NCBI RefSeq assembly: GCF_001457615.1
Contig: NZ_LN831024.1
Coordinates: 2,370,001-2,402,000, forward strand
Length of the DNA stretch: 32,000 bases
DNA from: Pseudomonas aeruginosa
Lineage (GTDB): Bacteria; Pseudomonadota; Gammaproteobacteria; Pseudomonadales; Pseudomonadaceae
Direction of reading: 5' to 3'
Below are positions 9,091 through 16,909 of this stretch, in pieces (the first letter of the stretch is position 1; each line of letters opens with the position of its first letter). Under the pieces are notes generated by a model that made no database searches, was not told the origin of the DNA, and saw only the letters and a program-made list of their open reading frames with translations. Both the position numbers and the translations under genes were made by a program.

Positions 9091-9116
9091 AAAAAGCCGC
9101 CCGTGGGCGGCTTTTT
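9091..9116. terminator. Bidirectional rho-independent terminator between convergent genes
   Basis: AAAAA-GCCGCC-CGTG-GGCGGC-TTTTT. A GC stem is flanked by an A5 run and a T5 run, between the lipoprotein stop (9076) and the ecotin stop (9129). Confidence 0.8.
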
Positions 9117-9128
9117 CATGCGCGGCGT

Positions 9129-9599
9129 TTATTCGCTGACCGCTTTCTCGACCTTTTCGGACGCCGACCAGATCCGATAGCGGACCTCCACGTCCTTCGG
9201 CGCATAGACCACGATCGGCAGCTTGCTGTTGTAGCGCAGCAGGAAGCCTTCGCCGACCACCGGGATGAAGCGCTGCTCCTTCTTCTGGCCGGGGCAGGCC
9301 ATCATCGTGCTCATCGGCCCGCTGACCTTGTCCAGGCGGTAGTAGGAGTAGCCCCAGCCTTCCAGGGTATGTTCTTCCAGCTCGCCGCCCAGGCGCTGCT
9401 GGTTGCAGTCGGCCTCGAGGGTCTTGCCGGCGATGATCTCGACCTTGAATGCGTCTTCCGCGTCCTGTTTCGGCAGGTGGATGACCTGGCGGGTGAAGCC
9501 GGCATCTGCCTTCGGGTAGGGAACCTTTTCATCCAGTTTGGCGGCCATGGCGGTGCTGGAAAGAGCGGCAACGCCGGCGGCGATCAGTAGTGCTTTCAT
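9129..9599 (-). CDS. eco: Ecotin (periplasmic serine-protease inhibitor)
   Basis: The ATG at 9599 has a GGAGAA RBS and the product begins with a signal peptide [19 protein letters not shown]. It is collinear with E. coli ecotin (PYPKA..., LEGWGYSYY, reactive-site loop [22 protein letters not shown]). Confidence 0.92.
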   Translation of the reverse strand: MKALLIAAGVAALSSTAMAAKLDEKVPYPKADAGFTRQVIHLPKQDAEDAFKVEIIAGKTLEADCNQQRLGGELEEHTLEGWGYSYYRLDKVSGPMSTMMACPGQKKEQRFIPVVGEGFLLRYNSKLPIVVYAPKDVEVRYRIWSASEKVEKAVSE

Positions 9600-9733
9600 G
9601 TCCTTGAGGTTCTCCTTACGTGGTAACGCGAGCAGGGTAAGACACCGAGGCACGGGTGAAAAGTTCAGTGGGGGACGTAACGGAATGTTCCATGTCCTGG
9701 GCCAGCTGGTCGGGGCACGGCCGAATCGCGGGC

Positions 9734-9771
9734 AAAAAAAAGACCATCTGCGGGGGGAGGGCGATGGTCTT
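9734..9771 (-). terminator. Candidate rho-independent terminator about 175 nt downstream of the DUF2789 gene
   Basis: Stem AAGACCATC (9740-9748) / GATGGTCTT (9763-9771) with a 14-nt loop. On the minus strand it is followed by T8 (plus-strand A-tract 9734-9741). Confidence 0.45.
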
Positions 9772-9946
9772 CAAAGGAGCGTCGGGGACTTGGGGTTCTC
9801 CCGACGTCGCTACGATCTCACGCCGCTCCGCTGGGGAAAAATGCTTTGGACTGATAGTGGCTATCGATGCCGGTGACTTGAAATTCCCCGCCAACTCATA
9901 GCAAGTTCCGCACGATAGAGCCGTCAGCGCATCAGTTTGCGTTTTT

Positions 9947-10177
9947 TCAGCGGGTCAGTTGCAAGGCCAGTTCATCGACCTGTTCGGCCCAGTCGGAGTC
10001 CTCGGCCAGGGCCTCGCGCAGGAAGCTGGCCTGGGCAGGGTTCCAGAATGGCGCATCGGGCAGCGCCGTGCCCTCCTCGAGGTGGTGCCGGGCGAGAAAG
10101 GCGACGATGTCGTCCCGCCCAGCGGGGAGCCCCAACTGGCGGAACAGGTTGGAAAAGGTGTGCGGGCTGGTGTCCAT
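9947..10177 (-). CDS. DUF2789-family small protein
   Basis: 76-aa ORF MDTSPHTFSNLFRQLGLPAGRDDIVAFL...APFWNPAQASFLREALAEDSDWAE, matching the pattern I associate with DUF2789. Confidence 0.75.
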   Translation of the reverse strand: MDTSPHTFSNLFRQLGLPAGRDDIVAFLARHHLEEGTALPDAPFWNPAQASFLREALAEDSDWAEQVDELALQLTR

Positions 10178-10355
10178 GACGGTTCCTCCTGGATTCGCTG
10201 TTTTTCCACTATAGCCGGCGGGACGGCAGGGCCGCCGTGGGAGCCGGGGGTGGGTAATTTTGTCGCAGATGAAAAAGACTGTTGTGCGCGGCGTGCTTCA
10301 TGGCGAAGGGGCGGGCGCTTATTATTAGCAAGCTAATGATAACCGGAGTCAGCCT

Positions 10356-10553
10356 ATGTCCAGAATCGAAGTCGCCGTGCTGGTGGGGACGTCCGTTCCC
10401 GAATCGCTGCGCAGCAAGGGATTGCTGGCCTGTTGGATCCTGATGGTGGACGGCGCCATGTGGGCCGGCCCCTTCACCAGCCGTGACGAGGCGGAAGCCT
10501 TGAAGGGAACCTGGGAACTGAGTTGGCCGCTGGAGGCGGCGATCTCCGCCTGA
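10356..10553 (+). CDS. Hypothetical 65-aa protein
   Basis: ORF with a GGAG RBS 8 nt upstream and G/C-rich third positions, followed by a stem-loop. No family was recognised. Confidence 0.55.
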   Translation: MSRIEVAVLVGTSVPESLRSKGLLACWILMVDGAMWAGPFTSRDEAEALKGTWELSWPLEAAISA

Positions 10554-10574
10554 GCCAAGGCCCTTGCCTTGCCG

Positions 10575-10600
10575 AAAAGCCCGCCGAGCGCGGGCTTTCT
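10575..10600. terminator. Candidate bidirectional terminator
   Basis: AAAA-AGCCCGC-CGAGC-GCGGGCT-TTCT, lying between convergent stops at 10553 and 10619. Confidence 0.55.
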
Positions 10601-10618
10601 GTTGCCTGCGGAAACGCC

Positions 10619-10948
10619 CTAGCGGCGGCCCACCAGCAGGCCGAGGAGGAAGCCGGCGCCGGCCGATACGGCGATGGTCTGCCAGGGATGGTCCTCGACG
10701 TATTCCTCGGTCGCTTCGGCGGCCGCCTGGCTGCGTTGCACCACGCCGCGGCGGGTGCGCTCGATGGCGTCGCGACCACGATGCAGCACGGAATTGATCT
10801 GTTCACGCAGGTTCGCGCCCTCCTTGCCGGCCAGGCTGCCGGTGCCGCTCATCAACTGGTCCACCTCGGCGATCAGGTCCTGCAGTTCGGCCATGGCCTG
10901 GTCCTGGATAGCCTGCTTGGCGCGAGCGGAGCGGGTTTTCAGAGTCAT
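10619..10948 (-). CDS. ElaB/YqjD/DUF883-family membrane-anchored stress protein
   Basis: 109-aa ORF with a coiled-coil N-terminus and the family's C-terminal signature HPWQTIAVSAGAGFLLGLLVGRR. Confidence 0.85.
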   Translation of the reverse strand: MTLKTRSARAKQAIQDQAMAELQDLIAEVDQLMSGTGSLAGKEGANLREQINSVLHRGRDAIERTRRGVVQRSQAAAEATEEYVEDHPWQTIAVSAGAGFLLGLLVGRR

Positions 10949-11058
10949 GTCGGTCTCCTTGACGAGGATGGTTACCTAGGTATGGAGTCGCCCGCTTCGC
11001 TGAAAGTTGCACGGCATGGCCTGCGTCGGGGGTTTCCGTAGCATGCGGGAGAGCCGTT

Positions 11059-11433
11059 TCAGGATGCCCCGGCCTCGCCGCGCAGGTAGCGGTCGAGGTC
11101 GATCGCTTCGCCGCTCTTGAGTTTCAGGCGTCGGCGCAGGTCGTCGAACATAGCGTCGTACTCGCGGCGCTGGCGCACGATCGGTCCCTGCCGCAAGCGC
11201 AGGCCGTGGCGTCGGGCCAGGCGACTGGCACGGCTGGCGAAATGCACGGCGGCGTCGCGTGGCAGTTCGAAGCTTTCGCTGAAAGGCTGGCCGTCGATCC
11301 GGCCCTCCATGTCGAAGTGTACGGCCACCGGGCGGGCCTCGGCCTCCAGGACCCGGTAGCGCAGGTGGATATCGAATGCCTGGCGGTCGACTTCGCTGGC
11401 CGAGGCGAGATGCAGATGGCCGGGAATGAACAT
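11059..11433 (-). CDS. Hypothetical protein (124 aa)
   Basis: C-terminal part of the 401-aa ORF. The ATG at 11433 is preceded by a perfect AAGGAGG. The upstream extension overlaps the YqaA gene on the other strand and looks non-coding. Confidence 0.7.
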   Translation of the reverse strand: MFIPGHLHLASASEVDRQAFDIHLRYRVLEAEARPVAVHFDMEGRIDGQPFSESFELPRDAAVHFASRASRLARRHGLRLRQGPIVRQRREYDAMFDDLRRRLKLKSGEAIDLDRYLRGEAGAS

Positions 11434-11568
11434 GGCCTGCCTCCTTTTCGGATAACCGGGGAAATGCCCTTGCCTGCCAGGGTATGCTTCGCCGGCCTCG
11501 GGACGGCTGTCCCAGGTCAGTTTTTTCCGGATTGGAGCGGGGATGCGAATGGCGCTGGGAGCGTTCGG

Positions 11569-12012
11569 GTGTTGACTGACTGGGCCGCGTACGCCGGGCT
11601 GTTCCTCTCGGCGTTCGGTTCGGCGACCCTGCTGCCGTTGCAGTCGGAAACCGTGCTGGCCGCCTTGCTGCTGCGCGGCGGCCAGTCGGTCGCGTGGCTG
11701 CTGGCGCTGGCCATCGTCGGCAATGTGCTGGGTTCCTGGGTCAACTGGTGGCTGGGTCGCTACCTCGAGCATTTCCGCGGTCGCCGCTGGTTTCCCGTGG
11801 GCGAGGTGCAGTTGCTCAGGGCGCAGCGACACTATCGCCGCTACGGCCGCTGGACCCTGCTGCTCAGTTGGGTGCCGGTCATCGGCGATCCGCTGACGCT
11901 GGTGGCCGGCATCATGCGTGAGCCCTGCTGGAGTTTCCTGCTGATCGTCGGCCTGGCCAAGACGCTCCGCTACCTGGCCCTGGCTGCGCTGGTGCTGGGC
12001 TGGGCCGGCTGA
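11569..12012 (+). CDS. YqaA/DedA-type (SNARE-associated) inner-membrane protein
   Basis: C-terminal part of ORF 11206..12012. The GTG at 11569 lies 7 nt after GGGAG. Family pattern: LFLSAFGSATLLPLQSE...GNVLGSWVNWWLGR...LLLSWVPVIGDPLTLVAG. Confidence 0.8.
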   Translation: MLTDWAAYAGLFLSAFGSATLLPLQSETVLAALLLRGGQSVAWLLALAIVGNVLGSWVNWWLGRYLEHFRGRRWFPVGEVQLLRAQRHYRRYGRWTLLLSWVPVIGDPLTLVAGIMREPCWSFLLIVGLAKTLRYLALAALVLGWAG

Positions 12013-12088
12013 GCGCTTCGTCGGCGAGCGTAGAACTATTTTTCGCGGGGCAATGTCCATTGCTGCGAGGTGTAACTGCCGCCTCATC

Positions 12089-12136
12089 GCCCCCGGGGCC
12101 TTTAGTTGCCGCTGTGGTCCCGGGGGCTTCTCTTTT
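12089..12136 (+). terminator. Candidate terminator after the yqaA-like gene
   Basis: 9-bp GC stem GCCCCCGGG (12089-12097) / CCCGGGGGC (12119-12127) followed by TTCTCTTTTCC. The 21-nt loop is long, so confidence is moderate. Confidence 0.45.
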
Positions 12137-12167
12137 CCTGCCTGTTTCCGGCGATGCGAGGTGCGCA

Positions 12168-12484
12168 ATGTCGAGGGTGGTTGCGGGATCGCTGGTCTGC
12201 CTGCTGCTCGGTTCGGCGCCGGCCTGGGCTTCCACGGCCGAGGCGTGGAGGCGCACGACGCCATGGTGCGTGCCGCCTGCCTGAAAGCCAGCGGCTTGCG
12301 CCAGGTACGCGCGGTGGGGCAGGTACTGCCCTTCGACGATGAGGTGGGCTATTCGGCGCTGCTCCTGCAGGGCCGCTATCCGCAGCCGCACATGCAGGGC
12401 CGCCAGGGCCGCGAGCTGTGTCTGTACCGGCGCGCCACCGGCAAGGCCAGCGTCAGCGAGGCCGACGCCCTGCTCAAGCCTTGA
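12168..12484 (+). pseudogene. Secreted small protein gene apparently split by a frameshift near 12240-12246
   Basis: The ATG at 12168 has a GAGGTG RBS and encodes the signal peptide MSRVVAGSLVCLLLGSAPAWA|S, but that frame stops at 12284. A second frame with strong G/C third positions runs from about 12245 to 12484 (VEAHDAMVRAACLKASG...EADALLKP). Confidence 0.4.
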
Positions 12485-13373
12485 GTTCGGGGTCGTCGTT
12501 GTCCGGAAGTTCGCGCTCGCCAGGGTCCTTGCCGTCTTCCGAATGGTGTTCGATCACCGCGTTCAGCTCGGCGCCGAACAGCACCACTGCCGCCGACAGG
12601 TAGAAGTACAGCAGGAGGATGATGATCGCCCCGATGCTGCCGTACATGGCGTTGTAGTTGGCGAAGTTCTTCACGTAGAAGCCATAGGCGAGGGACGCGG
12701 CGATCCAGGCGATCACCGAGAGCACCGAGCCTGGAGTGATGAAGCGGAAACGCTGCTCGACATCCGGCACCAGGTAGTAGAACAGCGCCACCGCGAGCAT
12801 CAGCAGGAACACCGCAAGAGGCCAGCGCAGCCAGGTCCAGAGCGTCACCAGGTACTGTTCCAGACCGACCAGGCCGGCGATCCAGGCGATCACCTGCGGC
12901 CCGGTGACCATCAGGCCGGCCGCCACCAGCAACAACAGGGCGATGCCGAGGGTGTAGAGGATCGACAGGGAGAAGCGCTTCCATACCGGGCGGCTCTCCT
13001 TCACGTCGTAGGCGGCGTTGAGCGCGATCATCATCGAGCGGATGCCCGCCGAGGAGGTCCACAGCGCCACCGCGATACCGATCGACAGCAGGCCGCCTTT
13101 CTGCTGCTGCAACTGGTCGATCACCGGGTTGACCTGATCCATCGCCTCGGGCGGCAGCAGCAACGCCGCCTGCTCGCGCAGCCAGGCGAAGAACTCCGGT
13201 AGGTGCAAGTAGCCTACGAGGGTGATCAGCACCAGCAGGAACGGAAATAGCGAGAACAGCATCTGATAGGCGAGGGCCGAGGCGTAGGTCGGCATGTCGT
13301 CCTCGAGGAACTCGTTCACGGTGCGCTTGACCAGGCCGAACAGGCCTATTTCCCGATAAGCCGTACGGAACAT
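12474..13373 (-). CDS. YihY/BrkB-family (formerly 'ribonuclease BN-like') inner-membrane protein
   Basis: The ATG at 13373 has an AAGGAG RBS. The product MFRTAYREIGLFGLVKRTVNEFLEDDMPTYASALAYQMLFSLFPFLL is polytopic. ORF-track start 13481 is upstream of the RBS. Confidence 0.85.
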   Translation of the reverse strand: MFRTAYREIGLFGLVKRTVNEFLEDDMPTYASALAYQMLFSLFPFLLVLITLVGYLHLPEFFAWLREQAALLLPPEAMDQVNPVIDQLQQQKGGLLSIGIAVALWTSSAGIRSMMIALNAAYDVKESRPVWKRFSLSILYTLGIALLLLVAAGLMVTGPQVIAWIAGLVGLEQYLVTLWTWLRWPLAVFLLMLAVALFYYLVPDVEQRFRFITPGSVLSVIAWIAASLAYGFYVKNFANYNAMYGSIGAIIILLLYFYLSAAVVLFGAELNAVIEHHSEDGKDPGERELPDNDDPELKA

Positions 13374-13595
13374 TCCATCTCCTTGCTGTGTGCGTGCCGA
13401 TGACGATCGACCACCGATGGCCGCTTGCCGCCAGGCATTTTCCGTTGGGTGAAATTCGTCGCGTCCTTTCTGGGACGCCACGGCGGGCGAATTGGTTCGT
13501 CGCCGGCGTCATCATTCGGTCGCATCCGTTAGCCAGACTGCGCCTGCCCGCCGCGCGGCGGGCCTCCGTCCAACTTCTCAGAAATGGAGCGCACC

Positions 13596-13829
13596 ATGTC
13601 TGTCGACCTGAAGAAAATCGCCGCTGCCTTTCCCGAGTTCCAGTTGTCCAGCAAGAGCCGCCACGACGGCGCGCTGTTGTTGCAGTTGCAGGCCGCCGAC
13701 GGCCGCTACGTGGCTCGCACCATACCCTCGCCGCAGCTCAGCGCGCCGCCGGAGACCGAGTGGCTGATCCGCAGCATCCGCCGGGAACTGGCCGTGCCGG
13801 GCATGGAAATGGCGATGGCGGCACGCTGA
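13596..13829 (+). CDS. Small conserved protein (77 aa), paralog of 16994..17281
   Basis: Belongs to ORF 13584..13829. The ATG at 13596 lies 6 nt after GGAG. It aligns with the 16994 product: (I)xxAF...R(H/P)DG(A)LL(L/T)L...QL...W(L/F)I...RR(E/D)LA(V/L). Confidence 0.6.
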   Translation: MSVDLKKIAAAFPEFQLSSKSRHDGALLLQLQAADGRYVARTIPSPQLSAPPETEWLIRSIRRELAVPGMEMAMAAR

Positions 13830-13894
13830 GTTTTTTCGCCGCGGGAACCGATGATGCGATAATTCCGCCTTTCCACACAGCTGACGGGAAGGCA

Positions 13895-14125
13895 ATGAAG
13901 CGCGAGAAGGTTCGGGACAGGCAGGCGGCAGGGAAGATCTCGGCGACCCACATCATCGCCAATCCCACCCTGGCCAGGGAATGGATCGTGTTCTTCAAGA
14001 AGGACGGCGGGCGCAGCTATTTCCTGGTCGACGAGAGCGACGAGGTGATGTCGTTCCGCCGGCTCGACGACGCGGTCAAGGAGCTGCGCGGGCTGGGCAT
14101 CAAGTTCGCGGAGATCCATCTCTAG
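13895..14125 (+). CDS. Hypothetical 76-aa protein
   Basis: C-terminal part of ORF 13388..14125. The ATG at 13895 follows GGGAAGG. Product: MKREKVRDRQAAGK...FLVDESDEVMSFRRLDDAVKELRGLGIKFAEIHL. No family was recognised. Confidence 0.55.
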   Translation: MKREKVRDRQAAGKISATHIIANPTLAREWIVFFKKDGGRSYFLVDESDEVMSFRRLDDAVKELRGLGIKFAEIHL

Positions 14126-14618
14126 GAGCGGCGTCGCGCGGTCGCCACTGGCCAGCCTTGCGCGCCCGCGCTTCTTCCTCGGCGAACCGGTACTGGCCGC
14201 GCGCCTCGGCCGTCTGGCCGCTGTCCGGCGCGTCGCGCCAGCTGGCCAGGCCAATGGTCAGCAGGGCCAGCCCGGCATCCAGGGTATGTCCGCAGGTGGG
14301 GCAGTCGGCCGGGGTGACCCAGGCCGCGCCGAGGATGCGGAAGCGCGCGTCGCGGCCTTGCTCGCGGATGGTCGCCGATTTGCCGAGCAGCATGTCTTCC
14401 AGGGCTTCCCGGGCGCGCCGACGCCAGGGCTCGGCGGCCGGTAGCTCGACGGCATTGAGCTGGATGCGCAGCGCCTTGTTCGCGCCGGGCAGGCGGCAGC
14501 CCAGGCTGGCGTCGTCGTGTATCGCCACCACCGTGCAGTCGAAGCGGCGCTCCCCGGCGTCGGCGGCGAACGCCAGGGCGGCGCAGAGCGGCAACAGGGC
14601 GAGGGTGCGGAAGATCAT
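14100..14618 (-). CDS. Secreted thermonuclease (SNase)-like protein
   Basis: 172-aa ORF with signal peptide MIFRTLALLPLCAALAFA. It has an SNase-like layout (RIQLNAVELPA..., ...YRFAEEEARARKAGQW). It sits 18 nt downstream of endA on the same strand. Confidence 0.65.
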   Translation of the reverse strand: MIFRTLALLPLCAALAFAADAGERRFDCTVVAIHDDASLGCRLPGANKALRIQLNAVELPAAEPWRRRAREALEDMLLGKSATIREQGRDARFRILGAAWVTPADCPTCGHTLDAGLALLTIGLASWRDAPDSGQTAEARGQYRFAEEEARARKAGQWRPRDAAPRDGSPRT

Positions 14619-14636
14619 GGGCTACTCCGGCGGAGG

Positions 14637-15350
14637 TCAGCGTCGACGCGAGGATAGGTTGCTGCAGGTCGCCAGGTCCACCGGGCCGACATAGGGATTG
14701 CCCCAGCCCATCACGCAGCCGACCATGTGGTTGCGCTGGCGCTCCCAGGTCTGTGGCGGGTACTGCTTGTGCCAGGCGTTGTAGAGCTGGCGATCCTGCT
14801 TCGACAGGCGCAGGCCGTAGCGGTCGCTCATGTAGAAGTAGGTGCGGGCGATCATCCCGCGAATCTGCGGGCGTGGCATCGCCTTGCGCGCCTTGAAGTC
14901 CACCACCATCGGGCAGGCGCCGTATTGCTGGGGTTTCTGCGGCAGCCAGCCGAAGCCGAAGTTGCTGCGGTCGCCGTTGACCTCGCCGATGCTCGGCACC
15001 AGGTTGTGCAGGTCGGCTTCGGCGCGCTGGTAGGTGCTGTCGTGCCTCGCGCAGTTGCTCCGCCCGCCGTTCTGCCAGCAGCGCCGCTGGTGACCGATCA
15101 CCCAGGCCGGGACGATGTGTTCCCACTCGATGCGCCGCGCGCGGTTGGCGTTCTTCCTCGGCTTGTAGCCGCAACTGGCGAGGTCGACACGATTTCCCGA
15201 GTAGCGACAGCCGCAGTAGAACTCCACGGATTGCCGGGCGTAGAGCTTCCAGCCGATTTTCTTCGCTTCGGAGAACGTGCGCGGGGCGTTGGCCTGGCCG
15301 GCGCTGGCGAGGAGGAGGGCGAAAAGGCCTACAAACAAACGGGAAAGCAT
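14637..15350 (-). CDS. endA: Endonuclease I (periplasmic/extracellular DNA endonuclease)
   Basis: 237-aa ORF with a signal peptide. Endonuclease-I signatures are present: FYCGC...IEWEHIVPAW..., DLHNLVPSIGEVNGDRSN. Confidence 0.92.
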   Translation of the reverse strand: MLSRLFVGLFALLLASAGQANAPRTFSEAKKIGWKLYARQSVEFYCGCRYSGNRVDLASCGYKPRKNANRARRIEWEHIVPAWVIGHQRRCWQNGGRSNCARHDSTYQRAEADLHNLVPSIGEVNGDRSNFGFGWLPQKPQQYGACPMVVDFKARKAMPRPQIRGMIARTYFYMSDRYGLRLSKQDRQLYNAWHKQYPPQTWERQRNHMVGCVMGWGNPYVGPVDLATCSNLSSRRR

Positions 15351-15507
15351 GCGGCAACTTCCAAAAAAATCCGCATGTTACTGATTTTGCAGGAGATGCC
15401 AATCGTGGCCAGTCCATGGCCAGGCGAGGGGCGGACCTTCCCGTTTGCGCCGCGTCCATGCGATGGTTAGTATACGTTCCGTATATGTTTTGTAGTCGAG
15501 GTGTAGT

Positions 15508-15729
15508 GTGGGCCTGGTGAAGATTTCCGAGCAATTGCACGAAGAGGCGCGCATCGCCTGCAAGGCCATGTCGCGCTCGATCAATGCCCAGGCCGAGCAC
15601 TGGATGCGCATCGGCATGCTGATCGAAGCCAATCCCGGCCTGACCTATGCGCAGGTGCTACGCCAATTGATGGACGAAGCGCGCGAAAGCGACCGCCGCG
15701 AGCAGGACGCGGCGAGGATCTCGGGATGA
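15508..15729 (+). CDS. ParD-like (antitoxin-like, RHH-type) small protein
   Basis: GTG-initiated 73-aa ORF (M)GLVKISEQLHEEARIACKAMSRSINAQAEHWMRIG, matching my recollection of the ParD_like family. Its stop overlaps the map start by 4 nt (ATGA). Confidence 0.65.
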   Translation: MGLVKISEQLHEEARIACKAMSRSINAQAEHWMRIGMLIEANPGLTYAQVLRQLMDEARESDRREQDAARISG

Positions 15730-16508
15730 TCAAGAGCGCGGAGGAAATCCAGCGCATGAGCGTGGCCGGCGCGCTCACCGCGAAAGTCCTCGAAGTCCTC
15801 GACGAGGTGGTGCGGCCTGGCATCAGCACGGCAGAGATCGACCGCTTCTGCGAGCGCTACATCGTCGACACCCTCGCGGCGATTCCCGGCAGCAAGGGGC
15901 AGTACGGCTATCCGTTCACGGTGAACACCTCGGTCAACGAGGTGGTCTGCCATGGCTGGCCGTCGGCGCAGCAGATCCTCCGCGACGGCGATATCGTCAA
16001 CGTCGACGTCACGGTGATCAAGGACGGCTATTTCGGCGACAGCAGCAAGATGTACCGGGTCGGCGCCATCGACCGCCAGGCGCAGAAGCTGCTCGACGTC
16101 ACCCGCGAATGCCTGTACCGGGCGATCCGCGTGGTGCGCCCGGACGCCACCCTCGGCGATATCGGGCATGCCATCCAGAGTCACGCCGAAGCCAACGGTT
16201 ATTCGGTGGTCCGCGAATACTGCGGGCATGGCATCGGCCGCAAGATGCACGAGGCGCCGCAGGTCCTGCACTTCGGTCGCGCTGGCGCGGGTGCGCGGCT
16301 GAAGGCCGGGATGACCTTCACCATCGAACCGATGATCAACCAGGGCGGCCACGCGGTGAAGCTGCACAAGGACGGCTGGACCGTGACCACTCGCGACCGC
16401 CGCCTGTCGGCCCAGTACGAGCACACCGTGCTGGTCACCGAGCGGGGTTGCCGGGTCCTGACCCTGCGCGACGAGGAGCGCGAGGCGCTGGCCGACCTGG
16501 CTGGCTGA
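15726..16508 (+). CDS. map: Type I methionine aminopeptidase (second, non-housekeeping-context copy)
   Basis: 260-aa ORF with all MetAP metal-ligand contexts present: DGDIVNVDVT, GDSSKMY, CGHGIG, FTIEPM, QYEHTVLVT. Confidence 0.95.
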   Translation: MIKSAEEIQRMSVAGALTAKVLEVLDEVVRPGISTAEIDRFCERYIVDTLAAIPGSKGQYGYPFTVNTSVNEVVCHGWPSAQQILRDGDIVNVDVTVIKDGYFGDSSKMYRVGAIDRQAQKLLDVTRECLYRAIRVVRPDATLGDIGHAIQSHAEANGYSVVREYCGHGIGRKMHEAPQVLHFGRAGAGARLKAGMTFTIEPMINQGGHAVKLHKDGWTVTTRDRRLSAQYEHTVLVTERGCRVLTLRDEEREALADLAG

Positions 16509-16561
16509 TCGACGCCCGGCCTGGTTACACTGAGACGACTTTTCCGAAGGGAGGCTGGCGG

Positions 16562-16795
16562 GTGTCCGGCAGGCGTTTTGGCGAGTTCGAACTGCGCGCC
16601 ACCTGGTTGCGCGAGGACAGTGGCTATCTGGCCGAGATCGAGATAACCAGCATCGACGACGGACGCACCGAATGGCTGGTGCTGCCGGGCCAGCCGCCGT
16701 GCGAGAGTCCGGCGGCCGCGCTGTCGCTGGCGGAAGCGGCGCTGTACCGGGTGCGCGGCTTCGATGCGCGGGGCCGGCCGCTGTTTTCCGACTGA
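16562..16795 (+). CDS. Hypothetical 77-aa protein
   Basis: C-terminal part of ORF 16109..16795. The GTG at 16562 lies 7 nt after GAAGGGAGG. No family was recognised. Confidence 0.5.
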   Translation: MSGRRFGEFELRATWLREDSGYLAEIEITSIDDGRTEWLVLPGQPPCESPAAALSLAEAALYRVRGFDARGRPLFSD

Positions 16796-16869
16796 GCCTG
16801 CTGGCAAATCGCATGATGCATTTCGCACGATCTTGCAGTTTGCACGGACCGCTTCGCTGAGTCTTTTCG

Positions 16870-16882
16870 TAAGTTATTGATT
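16870..16882 (-). promoter_or_regulatory. Candidate IHF-binding site
   Basis: The reverse complement AATCAATAACTTA fits WATCAANNNNTTR at every constrained position. It lies in an AT-rich tract about 40 nt upstream of the candidate sigma-54 promoter. Confidence 0.35.
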
Positions 16883-16909
16883 TTGAATGGTTTTAATTTT
16901 CCATGTGGC

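Noticed and set aside
9921-9947. Plus-strand CGCA...TGCG mini-hairpin followed by TTTTTT, next to the DUF2789 stop codon
   Set aside because: The stem is only 4 bp, and there is no plus-strand gene upstream to terminate. The T-run is probably coincidental.
11059-12264. The 401-aa version of the minus-strand ORF and the 268-aa version of ORF 11206..12012
   Set aside because: Only the C-terminal parts have RBSs (AAGGAGG before 11433; GGGAG before 11569) and sensible sequence. The long N-terminal extensions overlap each other on opposite strands and look non-coding.
14122-15600. 492-aa minus-strand ORF overlapping endA and the SNase-like gene in another frame; likewise 1777..2925, 12376..13515, 15645..16814 and 12339..13202
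   Set aside because: They are Arg/Pro/Gly-rich with no start context, and they overlap well-supported genes. Alternative-frame ORFs of this kind are expected at this GC content.
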